The translations under genes were made by a program, and so were the position numbers. Positions 19,468-27,301 of a DNA stretch of 43,905 bases are shown here, in pieces (position 1 is the stretch's first letter; every line of letters starts with the position of its first letter). The notes below the pieces were generated by a model, which made no database searches, was not told the origin of the DNA, and saw only the letters and a list, made by a program, of their open reading frames with translations. Source of the stretch: Bacteroidia bacterium (GTDB lineage: Bacteria; Bacteroidota; Bacteroidia; NS11-12g; UBA955); contig DASWYG010000025.1 of the NCBI GenBank assembly GCA_036405075.1, positions 1 through 43,905 on the forward strand, given 5' to 3'.

Positions 19468-19578
19468 TTTTGGAGTAATTATTTAAAATTGCTCCCTCGC
19501 ATCCTGGGGAATAAATCCTTGGTCAGTATCTTGACCTATTGTTAATCTTTGCCCGGTATCTTGGGCGATTATCCTTTT

Positions 19579-20403
19579 TTAAGCGTTCAAGTCGAATGTT
19601 GGATTCGCTTTGACAGCTTCGCTAACAGCTTGAGAGAACTCTTCGCCGTTAACTGATTTACCTGCATCTTGAAATGACTTTTCAAGCTCACTCAATTTGA
19701 GGTAAGTTGTTTTCTTTTCACTCGATCCGCCTCTGCCTTGTTTGCCCGAGTCTTCTTCAGTAATCCATTTGCGTTCTTGAAAATAAGAATGAATGACATC
19801 TTTAACCTCAAGTGGTGCTTGAGTTGTTTTGTCCTTCACAGTCTCATTGCCTTTTTTAGCAACAAGTTTGCCGTCTTCTTCAACAAACGTAAACTCTCTT
19901 TGAAGCAACATCAAAGATTCTTCATCCTTGAGTGATCCGATTCTATTTGACGGGAAAGATGATAAAATTGTTTGATTGAGTGATTGAGTTTTGAGTTTGG
20001 TTTCAATCTCTGTTTTTTCGGCTTGAGCAGCTTTGAGATTCTCTCTGAGCGTTTCTAAAGATTTGTTCAGCTCTTCGACTTTCTTGTCAGGTTTTAAATT
20101 AGCATCTGCAAGTGTTTTGCTTTTTAACGCCTCGACAAACTTGTCTGCATCTTTACCCTCGAAATCTAAACCCAGTTTCTCTTTTTGCTCTTTGATGAGC
20201 ATTTCAATTCCGCTCTCTTTGCCCTCTTTGTAGCCTTGTGTTTTCTGATTTTTATCGCGGGTAGCGAGTTCATCAGTGGTAAAGACTGACACTTCAGGTA
20301 AGGTCAATTCTACTTCTTTCTCGTCTTTAATTGCATTTTCAAGATCAGATTCTTTGATCTTTAATGCTTTGGCAATTGCGGTTATTTGGTCTTTCTTTAG
20401 CAT
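19579..20403 (-). CDS. Scaffolding protein candidate
   Basis: 274 aa, K/E-rich and predicted helical or coiled-coil. It lies between the portal and capsid genes. Confidence 0.6.
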   Translation of the reverse strand: MLKKDQITAIAKALKIKESDLENAIKDEKEVELTLPEVSVFTTDELATRDKNQKTQGYKEGKESGIEMLIKEQKEKLGLDFEGKDADKFVEALKSKTLADANLKPDKKVEELNKSLETLRENLKAAQAEKTEIETKLKTQSLNQTILSSFPSNRIGSLKDEESLMLLQREFTFVEEDGKLVAKKGNETVKDKTTQAPLEVKDVIHSYFQERKWITEEDSGKQGRGGSSEKKTTYLKLSELEKSFQDAGKSVNGEEFSQAVSEAVKANPTFDLNA

Positions 20404-20418
20404 AAGTATGTGATAAGG

Positions 20419-20814
20419 TTAGTCTTTCCTATAAAGACATTTCGAGTCGATGTAAACTTTCATAGTTCCGCTTCCGGTCGTGTTTGTTCGAAAGTGACTA
20501 TAACAACCAGGATCTACTACCTTTACCAGTTTGGTATTGGTGGCGTAATTCAAAGCGGTCATAGAGTCGATTTTAAACCAAGTGTTTCCGTCAATACTAA
20601 CTTCAAAATAGGTCTTTCCGGCAACGGTTCCTGATGCTTTTGTCAGTTTGAATTGAAACACAAATACAGTTGCCTTTGCAGGGGCCCTGAAAGTAGTGTA
20701 CTTTGTTGCCGTGTTACTCAGGCTGTCACCTGAACCGGTCATCGGTACGGCTTGTGCGCTGGAAATCGCAACAAATGCGAACATCAGCATAATGAGTGTG
20801 ATTAATTTTTTCAT
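20419..20814 (-). CDS. Secreted small beta-rich protein inside the head module (131 aa)
   Basis: Signal peptide MKKLITLIMLMFAFVAISSA|QA, with Gln at +1. The remainder is T/K/V-rich. Confidence 0.65.
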   Translation of the reverse strand: MKKLITLIMLMFAFVAISSAQAVPMTGSGDSLSNTATKYTTFRAPAKATVFVFQFKLTKASGTVAGKTYFEVSIDGNTWFKIDSMTALNYATNTKLVKVVDPGCYSHFRTNTTGSGTMKVYIDSKCLYRKD

Positions 20815-20835
20815 TTTAAATATGAGTGTTGATTT

Positions 20836-21291
20836 TTAGCCTTTTAAAAAGTACTTCACATTGCGATCGTGTGAGCGCAAATTCAAAGTGTTTGCTTGTT
20901 CTTGAGAAATCTTCACATTATCACGGATGAGTCTGATTTTCTCTTCTTTTTCAATGATGAAATTACCATCTTCATCTGTCTTTCTGGAACCGTCTTTCTT
21001 CGTAGAGAATGTGGTCCTGATTTGCCACTCTTCAAATATTAGGTTCTTGGATTCAGAAGCCTCTTTCTTCGGTTTTGGTGCTTTGGCGGTTTCTGTTTCT
21101 GCGCCTGCTTCACCTTTACTTGCCTTAAATGCTTCGAATGCTTCAGATGTGACAAATTCAATCACTTCTGTTACTTCTTTGGGCGCAAGTCCTTCTTGTG
21201 CCAGTGCCGCTTCTGCTGCTGCAATATCGGCCTTAATCTGAGCCTCAAACTTGAGTGCTAAAGATTTCTTTTTCATGTGGTTTAGTGCCAT
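20836..21291 (-). CDS. Head-module hypothetical protein (151 aa)
   Basis: ORF immediately downstream of the portal gene, with an A/E-rich N-terminal half. Confidence 0.55.
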   Translation of the reverse strand: MALNHMKKKSLALKFEAQIKADIAAAEAALAQEGLAPKEVTEVIEFVTSEAFEAFKASKGEAGAETETAKAPKPKKEASESKNLIFEEWQIRTTFSTKKDGSRKTDEDGNFIIEKEEKIRLIRDNVKISQEQANTLNLRSHDRNVKYFLKG

Positions 21292-21293
21292 GA

Positions 21294-22901
21294 TTATTTA
21301 ATTATTGGTTGTGGTTCTTGTATATTTTTAGCCTTCACATACTCAGAGAGGCTTATGTTTAATTGGTCAAGTTTCTTGATTAAAATTTCATTATCCGGTA
21401 ACTGGTTGAGCCATTCACCGAAGTATAATTTCTTATTGAAATCCTCGAAATTGGAGATATTGGATTTCGCCTCACCTATTGTCAAATGGACAAACGGCTC
21501 AAGCCTCATCAATTTGAGGTGCTTATTGAGTTCTATTGCATTATTTTGGTACTTTGAATAGTAATACTCGGCCAGTAATTCATCAAGTACGGATGTTGGA
21601 GATCCTTTAGACCTTGCCTCTTGATATTTTTTCCAAATCACATCAGGTCCCTCGATCAGGTATCTTCTACCTAAATTGATTGAACAGCCTTTATAGGTGT
21701 TTTCGAAATAGAACTTACCTGTTTTATCTGTTACGAACTTTTCAATCGATTCAGCCCACTTACTTAACCTTTCTAAACGGTCATTCATTGGCTGCATATC
21801 TGAGACAATCTCAGTTGCAGTCTTTTGACCATCGGTACTCAATCCATTGGTTTTGGCTTCATCTGTTTTGCCCCAATATGTTGAATGCATAGAAGATTCA
21901 AGTTCCTTGAGTTCTTCTGACATTTTGGTCCATCCTTCGATATCGGGTGTAGAATATCCGGCAATGTCGGGACTGATCGTTGGTTGACCCTCAAGTGGAA
22001 TTGGTAGCGTAATAATTTGAGATGAATCTTGAGTAACACTTTTACCGGTTCCGTTGCATGTTTTACAGTCTTCACCATGCTTATGTCCTGAACCTTTACA
22101 ATCGGAGCAAACAGTTTGGTACTGCCATGCTTTCGGAAACCCGTGTTTGAGTTTAAAGATAGTTTTTACCGATCTTTCTCTTAAGAACTGATCAGCAATT
22201 TCAATTACTTCTGCATCGGGTGAAACAAATGTCTCAGATGTTTTTGATTTTATATCCGAGATGACAATTGCCGGGACTTTTCCAAAATAGTTCTTAAATG
22301 TTTTATCTTGAATTACTGTGACGGTTTCTTCGCCATCGTATCGAACAAGATAGTCGAATGCATCGTCAACAACTCTAAACTGATCCTTTTCATCTGTTCT
22401 GAATACAACATACTCAACGTCTCTACCTTTAAGTTGGTAGTCAAAGATGACTGAAATTGACTTGTAAGTAGGATAAGTCTCATTGTCGCCAACCTCCATA
22501 AACACCAAGCCCATTGGATCAGTGTGAAAGTATTGTTTTGCAAATACTTCAACCCAGTTGCGCACTGAATATCCGTTGTAAATATCATTCAGTATCTCGA
22601 TGAGTTGCTTTTGTGAACTAGCACCTATATCATAAAAAGTTGAACCACCTTTGGCAGTGAATATCTTATCTTCAGGTCTATGAAGTCGTGCAAATATGTC
22701 AACGTTTGATTGAGCATATTTCTTTCTAAGTTCAAGTTGTTTTTTATTTTCAAGCCCTGATACTTCACTCAATAAATCATCCGAACCTTTACCGGTAATG
22801 TGTTGAGTTAGCTTCTTAGATTCGCTCTGAGCAGCATTAATCATGTCCTCATTAGGATTGTTTTTGATAATGCGCTTGATGTCGTCGAGACTTAGAATCA
22901 T
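21294..22901 (-). CDS. Portal protein candidate carrying a DnaJ-type CxxCxGxG zinc-finger insertion
   Basis: About 535 aa and the first structural gene after terL. The track start at 22910 is TTG, and the ATG at 22901 gives MILSLDD. The motif CSDCKGSGHKHGEDCKTCNGTG is encoded at 22041..22109. Confidence 0.5.
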   Translation of the reverse strand: MILSLDDIKRIIKNNPNEDMINAAQSESKKLTQHITGKGSDDLLSEVSGLENKKQLELRKKYAQSNVDIFARLHRPEDKIFTAKGGSTFYDIGASSQKQLIEILNDIYNGYSVRNWVEVFAKQYFHTDPMGLVFMEVGDNETYPTYKSISVIFDYQLKGRDVEYVVFRTDEKDQFRVVDDAFDYLVRYDGEETVTVIQDKTFKNYFGKVPAIVISDIKSKTSETFVSPDAEVIEIADQFLRERSVKTIFKLKHGFPKAWQYQTVCSDCKGSGHKHGEDCKTCNGTGKSVTQDSSQIITLPIPLEGQPTISPDIAGYSTPDIEGWTKMSEELKELESSMHSTYWGKTDEAKTNGLSTDGQKTATEIVSDMQPMNDRLERLSKWAESIEKFVTDKTGKFYFENTYKGCSINLGRRYLIEGPDVIWKKYQEARSKGSPTSVLDELLAEYYYSKYQNNAIELNKHLKLMRLEPFVHLTIGEAKSNISNFEDFNKKLYFGEWLNQLPDNEILIKKLDQLNISLSEYVKAKNIQEPQPIIK

Positions 22902-22907
22902 TAAGTA

Positions 22908-22953
22908 CAAATTTAGATTGATGAAATGGGTTCAATCGGACGAGATGCGAACG
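22908..22953 (-). promoter_or_regulatory. Copy P3 of the bipartite promoter-like element, upstream of the portal gene
   Basis: Minus strand: CGTTCGCATCTCGTCCG-N21-TAAATTTG. The octamer matches the Bacteroidetes -7 consensus TAnnTTTG and ends 6 nt before the ATG at 22901. Confidence 0.55.
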
Positions 22954-22978
22954 AAAAAAGCCACCTTGTGAGTGGCTT
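22953..22978 (-). terminator. Rho-independent terminator ending the tRNA island
   Basis: Minus strand: AGCCAC-TCACAAG-GTGGCT followed by TTTTTCG. Confidence 0.6.
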
Positions 22979-23232
22979 TAAACTTTTAATAAAACAAATA
23001 ATTCCAAAGTATCTACCGAGAAGCACGATTTCAAACAAGGCCGTCTTTCCGGCTGCCATATCCATCTGCAATTGATGAACAAAACTCATTAATACTATCA
23101 ATGAGGGGGCTTAAATAACTACGGGGCTAACACTGTGTACTTTAGTGATACTTCTCAAATGTACATCAATCAGAGTTTCGAACCTCAGATCAGTTTCATT
23201 TAAGGATTTCGCCCCTTTCTTAAAAATTGTTG

Positions 23233-23303
23233 AGCTGAGTAATGGAATCGAACCATTTTAAACAGGGTTGCAATCTGTGACCTAGCCACTCGGACAACTC
23301 AGC
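23233..23303 (-). tRNA. tRNA-Cys(GCA): tRNA-Cys (anticodon GCA), non-canonical
   Basis: 71 nt: GCTGAGT TG TCCG AGTGGCT AGGT C ACAGA TTGCAAC CCTGT TTAA AATGG TTCGATT CCATT ACTCAGC T. Supporting features are a perfect 7-bp acceptor stem, a perfect T arm with loop TTCGATT, U33 and A37, and the U73 discriminator that is a Cys identity element. Weak points are a D stem with only two G-C pairs and an A31.C39 mismatch. CCA is not encoded. Confidence 0.7.
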
Positions 23304-23327
23304 ATTTAGAGGGGAATATTTCGCCCC

Positions 23328-23504
23328 TCACCCCCACATGTTGCGGCCAGTAGGTATCGGCTGCATGTCTTTCCATGCCGTCAAGCTAAACGTGGAGACT
23401 GCATGAAACGAACATGCAAATGCCTCATGCTTTACTCTCAGGGCTTCTATTGCATATACACCCGTATTGATTACCGACATCTCGGCATTGTCCGACATCT
23501 CCAT
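23328..23504 (-). CDS. Possible 58-codon ORF with outlier composition; the same stretch could instead be a structured leader RNA
   Basis: Hand translation gives MEMSDNAEMSVINTGVYAIEALRVKHEAFACSFHAVSTFSLTAWKDMQPIPTGRNMWG. The sequence is visibly more G+C-rich than its neighbours and is packed with GCATG/CATGC palindromes and hairpins. Confidence 0.3.
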   Translation of the reverse strand: MEMSDNAEMSVINTGVYAIEALRVKHEAFACSFHAVSTFSLTAWKDMQPIPTGRNMWG

Positions 23505-23572
23505 TTACCCGGCTCTTCACCGGGTATCTTTTTTAATCATTTATCGGTCAAATAAAGAACGTAAAAGGGACA

Positions 23573-23618
23573 CAAATATTTATATATAATCTGAATCTAA
23601 AACGACGAGATGCAGACA
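23573..23618 (-). promoter_or_regulatory. Copy P2 of the bipartite promoter-like element, upstream of the tRNA island
   Basis: Minus strand: TGTCTGCATCTCGTCGT-N21-AATATTTG. It begins immediately after the terL stop codon. Confidence 0.5.
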
Positions 23619-25094
23619 TTAATAATTTGCAGGAGTTGAACCAAGATTATATTCAAGTCTTAAATCAAACCATTCACGCATCATGAACGGGTCACCGAAG
23701 TCAGGCGAACGGCCATTTAATATTGCTTTCTGCTCTTCCTTTGAATTGATTTGCATTTTGCCATCCATGTCTACCTTATCTCGTTTGATGGCTCTTAAAT
23801 CAGCTTTAATGAGGTCACGAATATCGACAACCTCAGATCCTTTTTTGATTTTAGTACCTCGAATACCGTTGATCTCGACCGTTTCGGGTGTAATGGTCCA
23901 AAGCGCAGAACCTTCATTCACTTTCTTAGATGCCCGGTAATAGCACTGTGTTTTGAGATTCTTGTAATTCTCTTTGATTCTTGTCTCAGGATCTTTCATC
24001 GGTTGCGCACCACCGTGAAATCCTTGATACCCTCCGAGCTTCACTGTGCTGTCCCCAACTCCATCTTGATCGACTAAGACATTTGACTTAGGAATAATGA
24101 ATCGTTTGCGTTCGGCTTCAATGATGTTTACAATGTCGTATGCTTCAGTTTTAAAATAGACAATGGTTTTGACTACTTGCCAACCTGACCAAACAAGCAC
24201 AACTGTATAATCTCGGCCAAATCTTGACGCATCGCAAGTGATGTATTTTTTGCCCGGATCTGCATAGTTTGAAAACAGATCATTGCACTTGTAATAATCA
24301 AATAAACCAAGTCCATCAACTCTAACTTTCCAGTTACCATCAAGAAGCTGCGCCCTGAGTGCTTCATCTTGAGCCATTAAGTTGGCCAAGTATTCAGGAT
24401 TGACTTCAAGTAGTTTTTTGTTGTGATAAATAGAACCTGGAATAAAGGTCATTGACTTAACAAGATCATTCACATCAACATCATTTGCTTTTGCGATTGA
24501 AGCAATGTCCGGAACTTGATCAATGACTTCTTGCTTGGTGTTTCCCCAAATGTAATTGTCTTGATACATGATGAAGTATCTGAGCTTACCACATCTTTCT
24601 TTTGTTGGAAACCCGTCTTCACCAATGAACCACTTAATGAACTCAGCAACCCAACTATCAGGGTCAGGGTTACATGTGCATCGAACATACGGCTTAACGC
24701 CGCATGATGAACGATTACGAGATAACAAATAAAAGAATTGCTTTTTAGTGAAATGTGTAACCTCGTCGAATCCAATGAATGGAATTTGTGATCCTTGCCA
24801 GTTGAGAATATCTTTCTCATATTCTAAGTGCGAAAATTTGAGTTTTGAGTTCTTGAATATCCATTCAGATGTGCTGCCTTTAGGTGAACCTCCGGCAAAT
24901 GGATAAAGCGTTGTTGAAGTGTCCCACAAACCACCCTCAGATTTAATTTGTGGCATTGTACGTCTGAATATTACACCGCCCCAGTTCTCTACATTCTTAT
25001 GTCTCAAAAACTCCATCAGCAATGCAAATGTCTTTCCTGATCCTGCGGCACCGCCACCAATGACAATATCAGCAGGTGAACCCATAAAGTCCAT
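23619..25094 (-). CDS. terL: Terminase large subunit
   Basis: Walker A motif GGGAAGSGKT near the N-terminus, a DE-type Walker B (IGFDEVTH), a C-terminal nuclease-like half, and a size of 491 aa. Confidence 0.85.
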   Translation of the reverse strand: MDFMGSPADIVIGGGAAGSGKTFALLMEFLRHKNVENWGGVIFRRTMPQIKSEGGLWDTSTTLYPFAGGSPKGSTSEWIFKNSKLKFSHLEYEKDILNWQGSQIPFIGFDEVTHFTKKQFFYLLSRNRSSCGVKPYVRCTCNPDPDSWVAEFIKWFIGEDGFPTKERCGKLRYFIMYQDNYIWGNTKQEVIDQVPDIASIAKANDVDVNDLVKSMTFIPGSIYHNKKLLEVNPEYLANLMAQDEALRAQLLDGNWKVRVDGLGLFDYYKCNDLFSNYADPGKKYITCDASRFGRDYTVVLVWSGWQVVKTIVYFKTEAYDIVNIIEAERKRFIIPKSNVLVDQDGVGDSTVKLGGYQGFHGGAQPMKDPETRIKENYKNLKTQCYYRASKKVNEGSALWTITPETVEINGIRGTKIKKGSEVVDIRDLIKADLRAIKRDKVDMDGKMQINSKEEQKAILNGRSPDFGDPFMMREWFDLRLEYNLGSTPANY

Positions 25095-25144
25095 CTGAAA
25101 TCCTTTCTGTGGCTCTATGACCTTGATATTTTTGTTGGGAGTGT

Positions 25145-25471
25145 TCAGTTTAGATTGATTTCTAATTCTCGACCCATATCAAAGCAAAAATTTTGTAAGT
25201 GATGCAATGTGTATATTTCGCATAAATGAACTTCTGTTTCACCAAAATACACTTGCCCCTCTACTGAAATAATTATGTCGTCCTTAAAGTAATACCCAGT
25301 TTGACCTTCATTAAACCCGCATTTCAATAGTATTTCTTCGGTGATGGGGATGGGTTTACACCACGGTCTTTCATTATGCCATATTTCTTCAATTGTGCTA
25401 GGCGAGGCTTGTCTGTATTCACCATTATGGTCATACCAATTCCCTATCCTTAATTCGTTTGCTTGTATCAT
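25145..25471 (-). CDS. Paralog family A protein (108 aa)
   Basis: Shares ELRxGNW, PITEEILLKCGF and LHxLQN...ELEINL with 31417..31794. Confidence 0.65.
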   Translation of the reverse strand: MIQANELRIGNWYDHNGEYRQASPSTIEEIWHNERPWCKPIPITEEILLKCGFNEGQTGYYFKDDIIISVEGQVYFGETEVHLCEIYTLHHLQNFCFDMGRELEINLN

Positions 25472-25476
25472 TTTGT

Positions 25477-25761
25477 TTAACTTTTTTTGCGTGTTTTTGG
25501 TCTCAATACGGCTTTTTCGGAGACAAAAGGGTTTTTGTTTAATGTTTTTGGCTCAACTGGTATACTGTTTTGATTAATTAATAAAGATCCATCTTTGGTC
25601 CACTTTCCATATCCAACAAAATCGCCTAACTGAAGTCCATTGGGTTTGTGTACCTTCAAAACATCGCCCTCTTCAACGATGTAAAACTTTTGTTTTCCAA
25701 CATTACCGAGGGATGCTTGACATTTAAAGTCTTCTATTGGTGTTGTTAATTCGCAGTTCAT
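25477..25761 (-). CDS. Hypothetical protein (94 aa)
   Basis: ORF in the tightly packed minus-strand operon. Confidence 0.55.
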   Translation of the reverse strand: MNCELTTPIEDFKCQASLGNVGKQKFYIVEEGDVLKVHKPNGLQLGDFVGYGKWTKDGSLLINQNSIPVEPKTLNKNPFVSEKAVLRPKTRKKS

Positions 25762-25796
25762 ATTTGGTGTTTATGGTAGTATATACTACTATGTTT

Positions 25797-26045
25797 CTAA
25801 CTTTTATCTTTCCAGTTACTCTTATCACATACATACATTTTGAGTTGATCATAACTCCATGGGCAAAAGAATTCTGAACCATGACATACTACAACCGATT
25901 TGTCTTCATGCGGTCCAATAGCACCAATCTCAAAGAATCTCATTGACTTTGATTCATGCATATCATCACTGGTTTTGATGCCCAATTCTTTTAGATGAGA
26001 AGACTCCTCGGTGTAGAACAGTATTTCAATGTCAATGTATTTCAT
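25797..26045 (-). CDS. Hypothetical protein (82 aa), distant paralog of 27038..27301
   Basis: Shared pattern: RFFEIGAIGPHEDKSVVVCHGSEFF...DQL against IYNIDAISPFYLGPDRQYSIVHSGASNF...DDL. Confidence 0.55.
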   Translation of the reverse strand: MKYIDIEILFYTEESSHLKELGIKTSDDMHESKSMRFFEIGAIGPHEDKSVVVCHGSEFFCPWSYDQLKMYVCDKSNWKDKS

Positions 26046-26215
26046 CGGTTATTGACTCTTATTGAATGCAGCATCAACATTTCTTTAGTAAAGCATGAAG
26101 GATGCTCTTTTCTTTGCTCAAGGCATGTTTTATTTAATCTAAGTGCTTTGTAATAAACACCCGACTCTTTTGCCTCTTTAAATGTTTTGAAGTTTAAATA
26201 TTGGTAAAATCTCAT
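26042..26215 (-). CDS. Small protein (57 aa), absent from the ORF track
   Basis: Hand translation gives MRFYQYLNFKTFKEAKESGVYYKALRLNKTCLEQRKEHPSCFTKEMLMLHSIRVNNR. It starts 3 nt after the terS stop and ends in an ATGA overlap with the next gene. Confidence 0.45.
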   Translation of the reverse strand: MRFYQYLNFKTFKEAKESGVYYKALRLNKTCLEQRKEHPSCFTKEMLMLHSIRVNNR

Positions 26216-26218
26216 AAC

Positions 26219-26713
26219 CTATCTTCCGTTGTCAGGCATTTTAAAAACCGTGATTTGATTGATTTCATTTCCATCAGTGGTGACATCTATTTTGTCTCCG
26301 TATTTCTTCGGCTGCATCTTAGAAAGCATCCATTTACGGGCATCGATCTTGAGTTGATCTCTTCTTACAGCAACGCTGTTAAAGATTGGGTTGCCATCTT
26401 TATCGTAAACAACATCTTGTCCAGTTGAATCACTTATGGAGATGATCTCTTCGAATATCTTTTCTGCTCTTTGTTCGCGCGCATGCGCGTAGTTGTCTGA
26501 AAACTCTTTATCTGTTCTTAGCCATTCATAAACAATATCAGTTGATGGAAAATCTGGTAACTTACTGATTCTCAGCAACGAAAGCCCATTTATCCCTATC
26601 TCATGTAGTATCTTTTCTTTTATTGAAGCAGTTAATTCCTTGGTCCACTTTTTAGGTCGCCCTATTGGTTTAACAACTTTCATTTTAGGCTTTGTCTTCT
26701 TTGTCATCTTCAA
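26219..26713 (-). CDS. Terminase small subunit candidate
   Basis: Basic N-terminus, an HTH-like segment (GINGLSLLRISKL), and YAHAREQRAEKIFEEII...RRDQLKIDARKWMLSKMQPKKYGDK, which is typical of small terminases. The track start is TTG, with ATG codons at 26707 and 26683. Confidence 0.65.
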   Translation of the reverse strand: MKMTKKTKPKMKVVKPIGRPKKWTKELTASIKEKILHEIGINGLSLLRISKLPDFPSTDIVYEWLRTDKEFSDNYAHAREQRAEKIFEEIISISDSTGQDVVYDKDGNPIFNSVAVRRDQLKIDARKWMLSKMQPKKYGDKIDVTTDGNEINQITVFKMPDNGR

Positions 26714-26776
26714 AAGTGTATTTTGTAATTTGAAATAATACCCATATCAATGCTGCAAATCCTAATATGTCCATAA

Positions 26777-27022
26777 TCAACCTATCTTTGCCAAATCATG
26801 TAAACCACTGGATAAATACACTGGTTGCAATGGTTGATTGAATGTCAACTGTTGAAGGTAAACACACCTTGTCTTTGACACCTCTTCAAACTCTTCGTCG
26901 GTCATTTGCCAACATGTGATCACCTCACCAGTCTCAGGTATTCGCAAAGCCGGTAATGGTTGATATTCGGGCTGATTTGCTCCGAATACTACGTTTTGTC
27001 CTTTAAATTCTTTTGGTTTCAT
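26777..27022 (-). CDS. Hypothetical protein (81 aa)
   Basis: ORF in the operon. Confidence 0.55.
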   Translation of the reverse strand: MKPKEFKGQNVVFGANQPEYQPLPALRIPETGEVITCWQMTDEEFEEVSKTRCVYLQQLTFNQPLQPVYLSSGLHDLAKIG

Positions 27023-27037
27023 GTCGATTTATATAAG

Positions 27038-27301
27038 TTAATTTCTACTTGGTAAATGTATTTCGAGTTCTCTGTGTTTATCAATCAATGCCTCTAGGTC
27101 ATCAACTTTCATATCTATCATGAAATTGGATGCGCCTGAATGAACAATTGAATATTGACGGTCAGGTCCTAAATAGAATGGGCTTATTGCGTCAATGTTG
27201 TATATGACCACTGTGTATTTTACACCTTCATCAATCTCTTTGATCATTTCTTCAATGTCGGGCGAATTTGAATGAAATATTGTTTCTATTTTAAGTTTCA
27301 T
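27038..27301 (-). CDS. Hypothetical protein (87 aa), distant paralog of 25797..26045
   Basis: See 25797..26045. ATGA-coupled to the upstream gene. Confidence 0.55.
   Translation of the reverse strand: MKLKIETIFHSNSPDIEEMIKEIDEGVKYTVVIYNIDAISPFYLGPDRQYSIVHSGASNFMIDMKVDDLEALIDKHRELEIHLPSRN

Noticed and set aside
22913-23101. 62-aa minus-strand track ORF inside the tRNA island.
   Set aside because: It starts at TTG and reads straight through the terminator hairpin and promoter-like element P3. It is more likely non-coding.
23169-23190. A second tRNA suggested by the T-loop-like sequence GGTTCGAAAC.
   Set aside because: It folds only as an isolated 7-bp hairpin with a T.T mismatch. No acceptor stem, D arm or anticodon arm could be built around it.
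25095-25178. Possible frameshift fusion of 25145..25471 into terL. The terL frame stays open for 28 codons upstream of its ATG, contains PQKGF, and is in the -1 frame of the upstream gene.
   Set aside because: No slippery heptamer or canonical start codon lies in the overlap, and Met-25094 still leaves an intact Walker A motif. It is noted only as a possible mis-set or non-canonical start.
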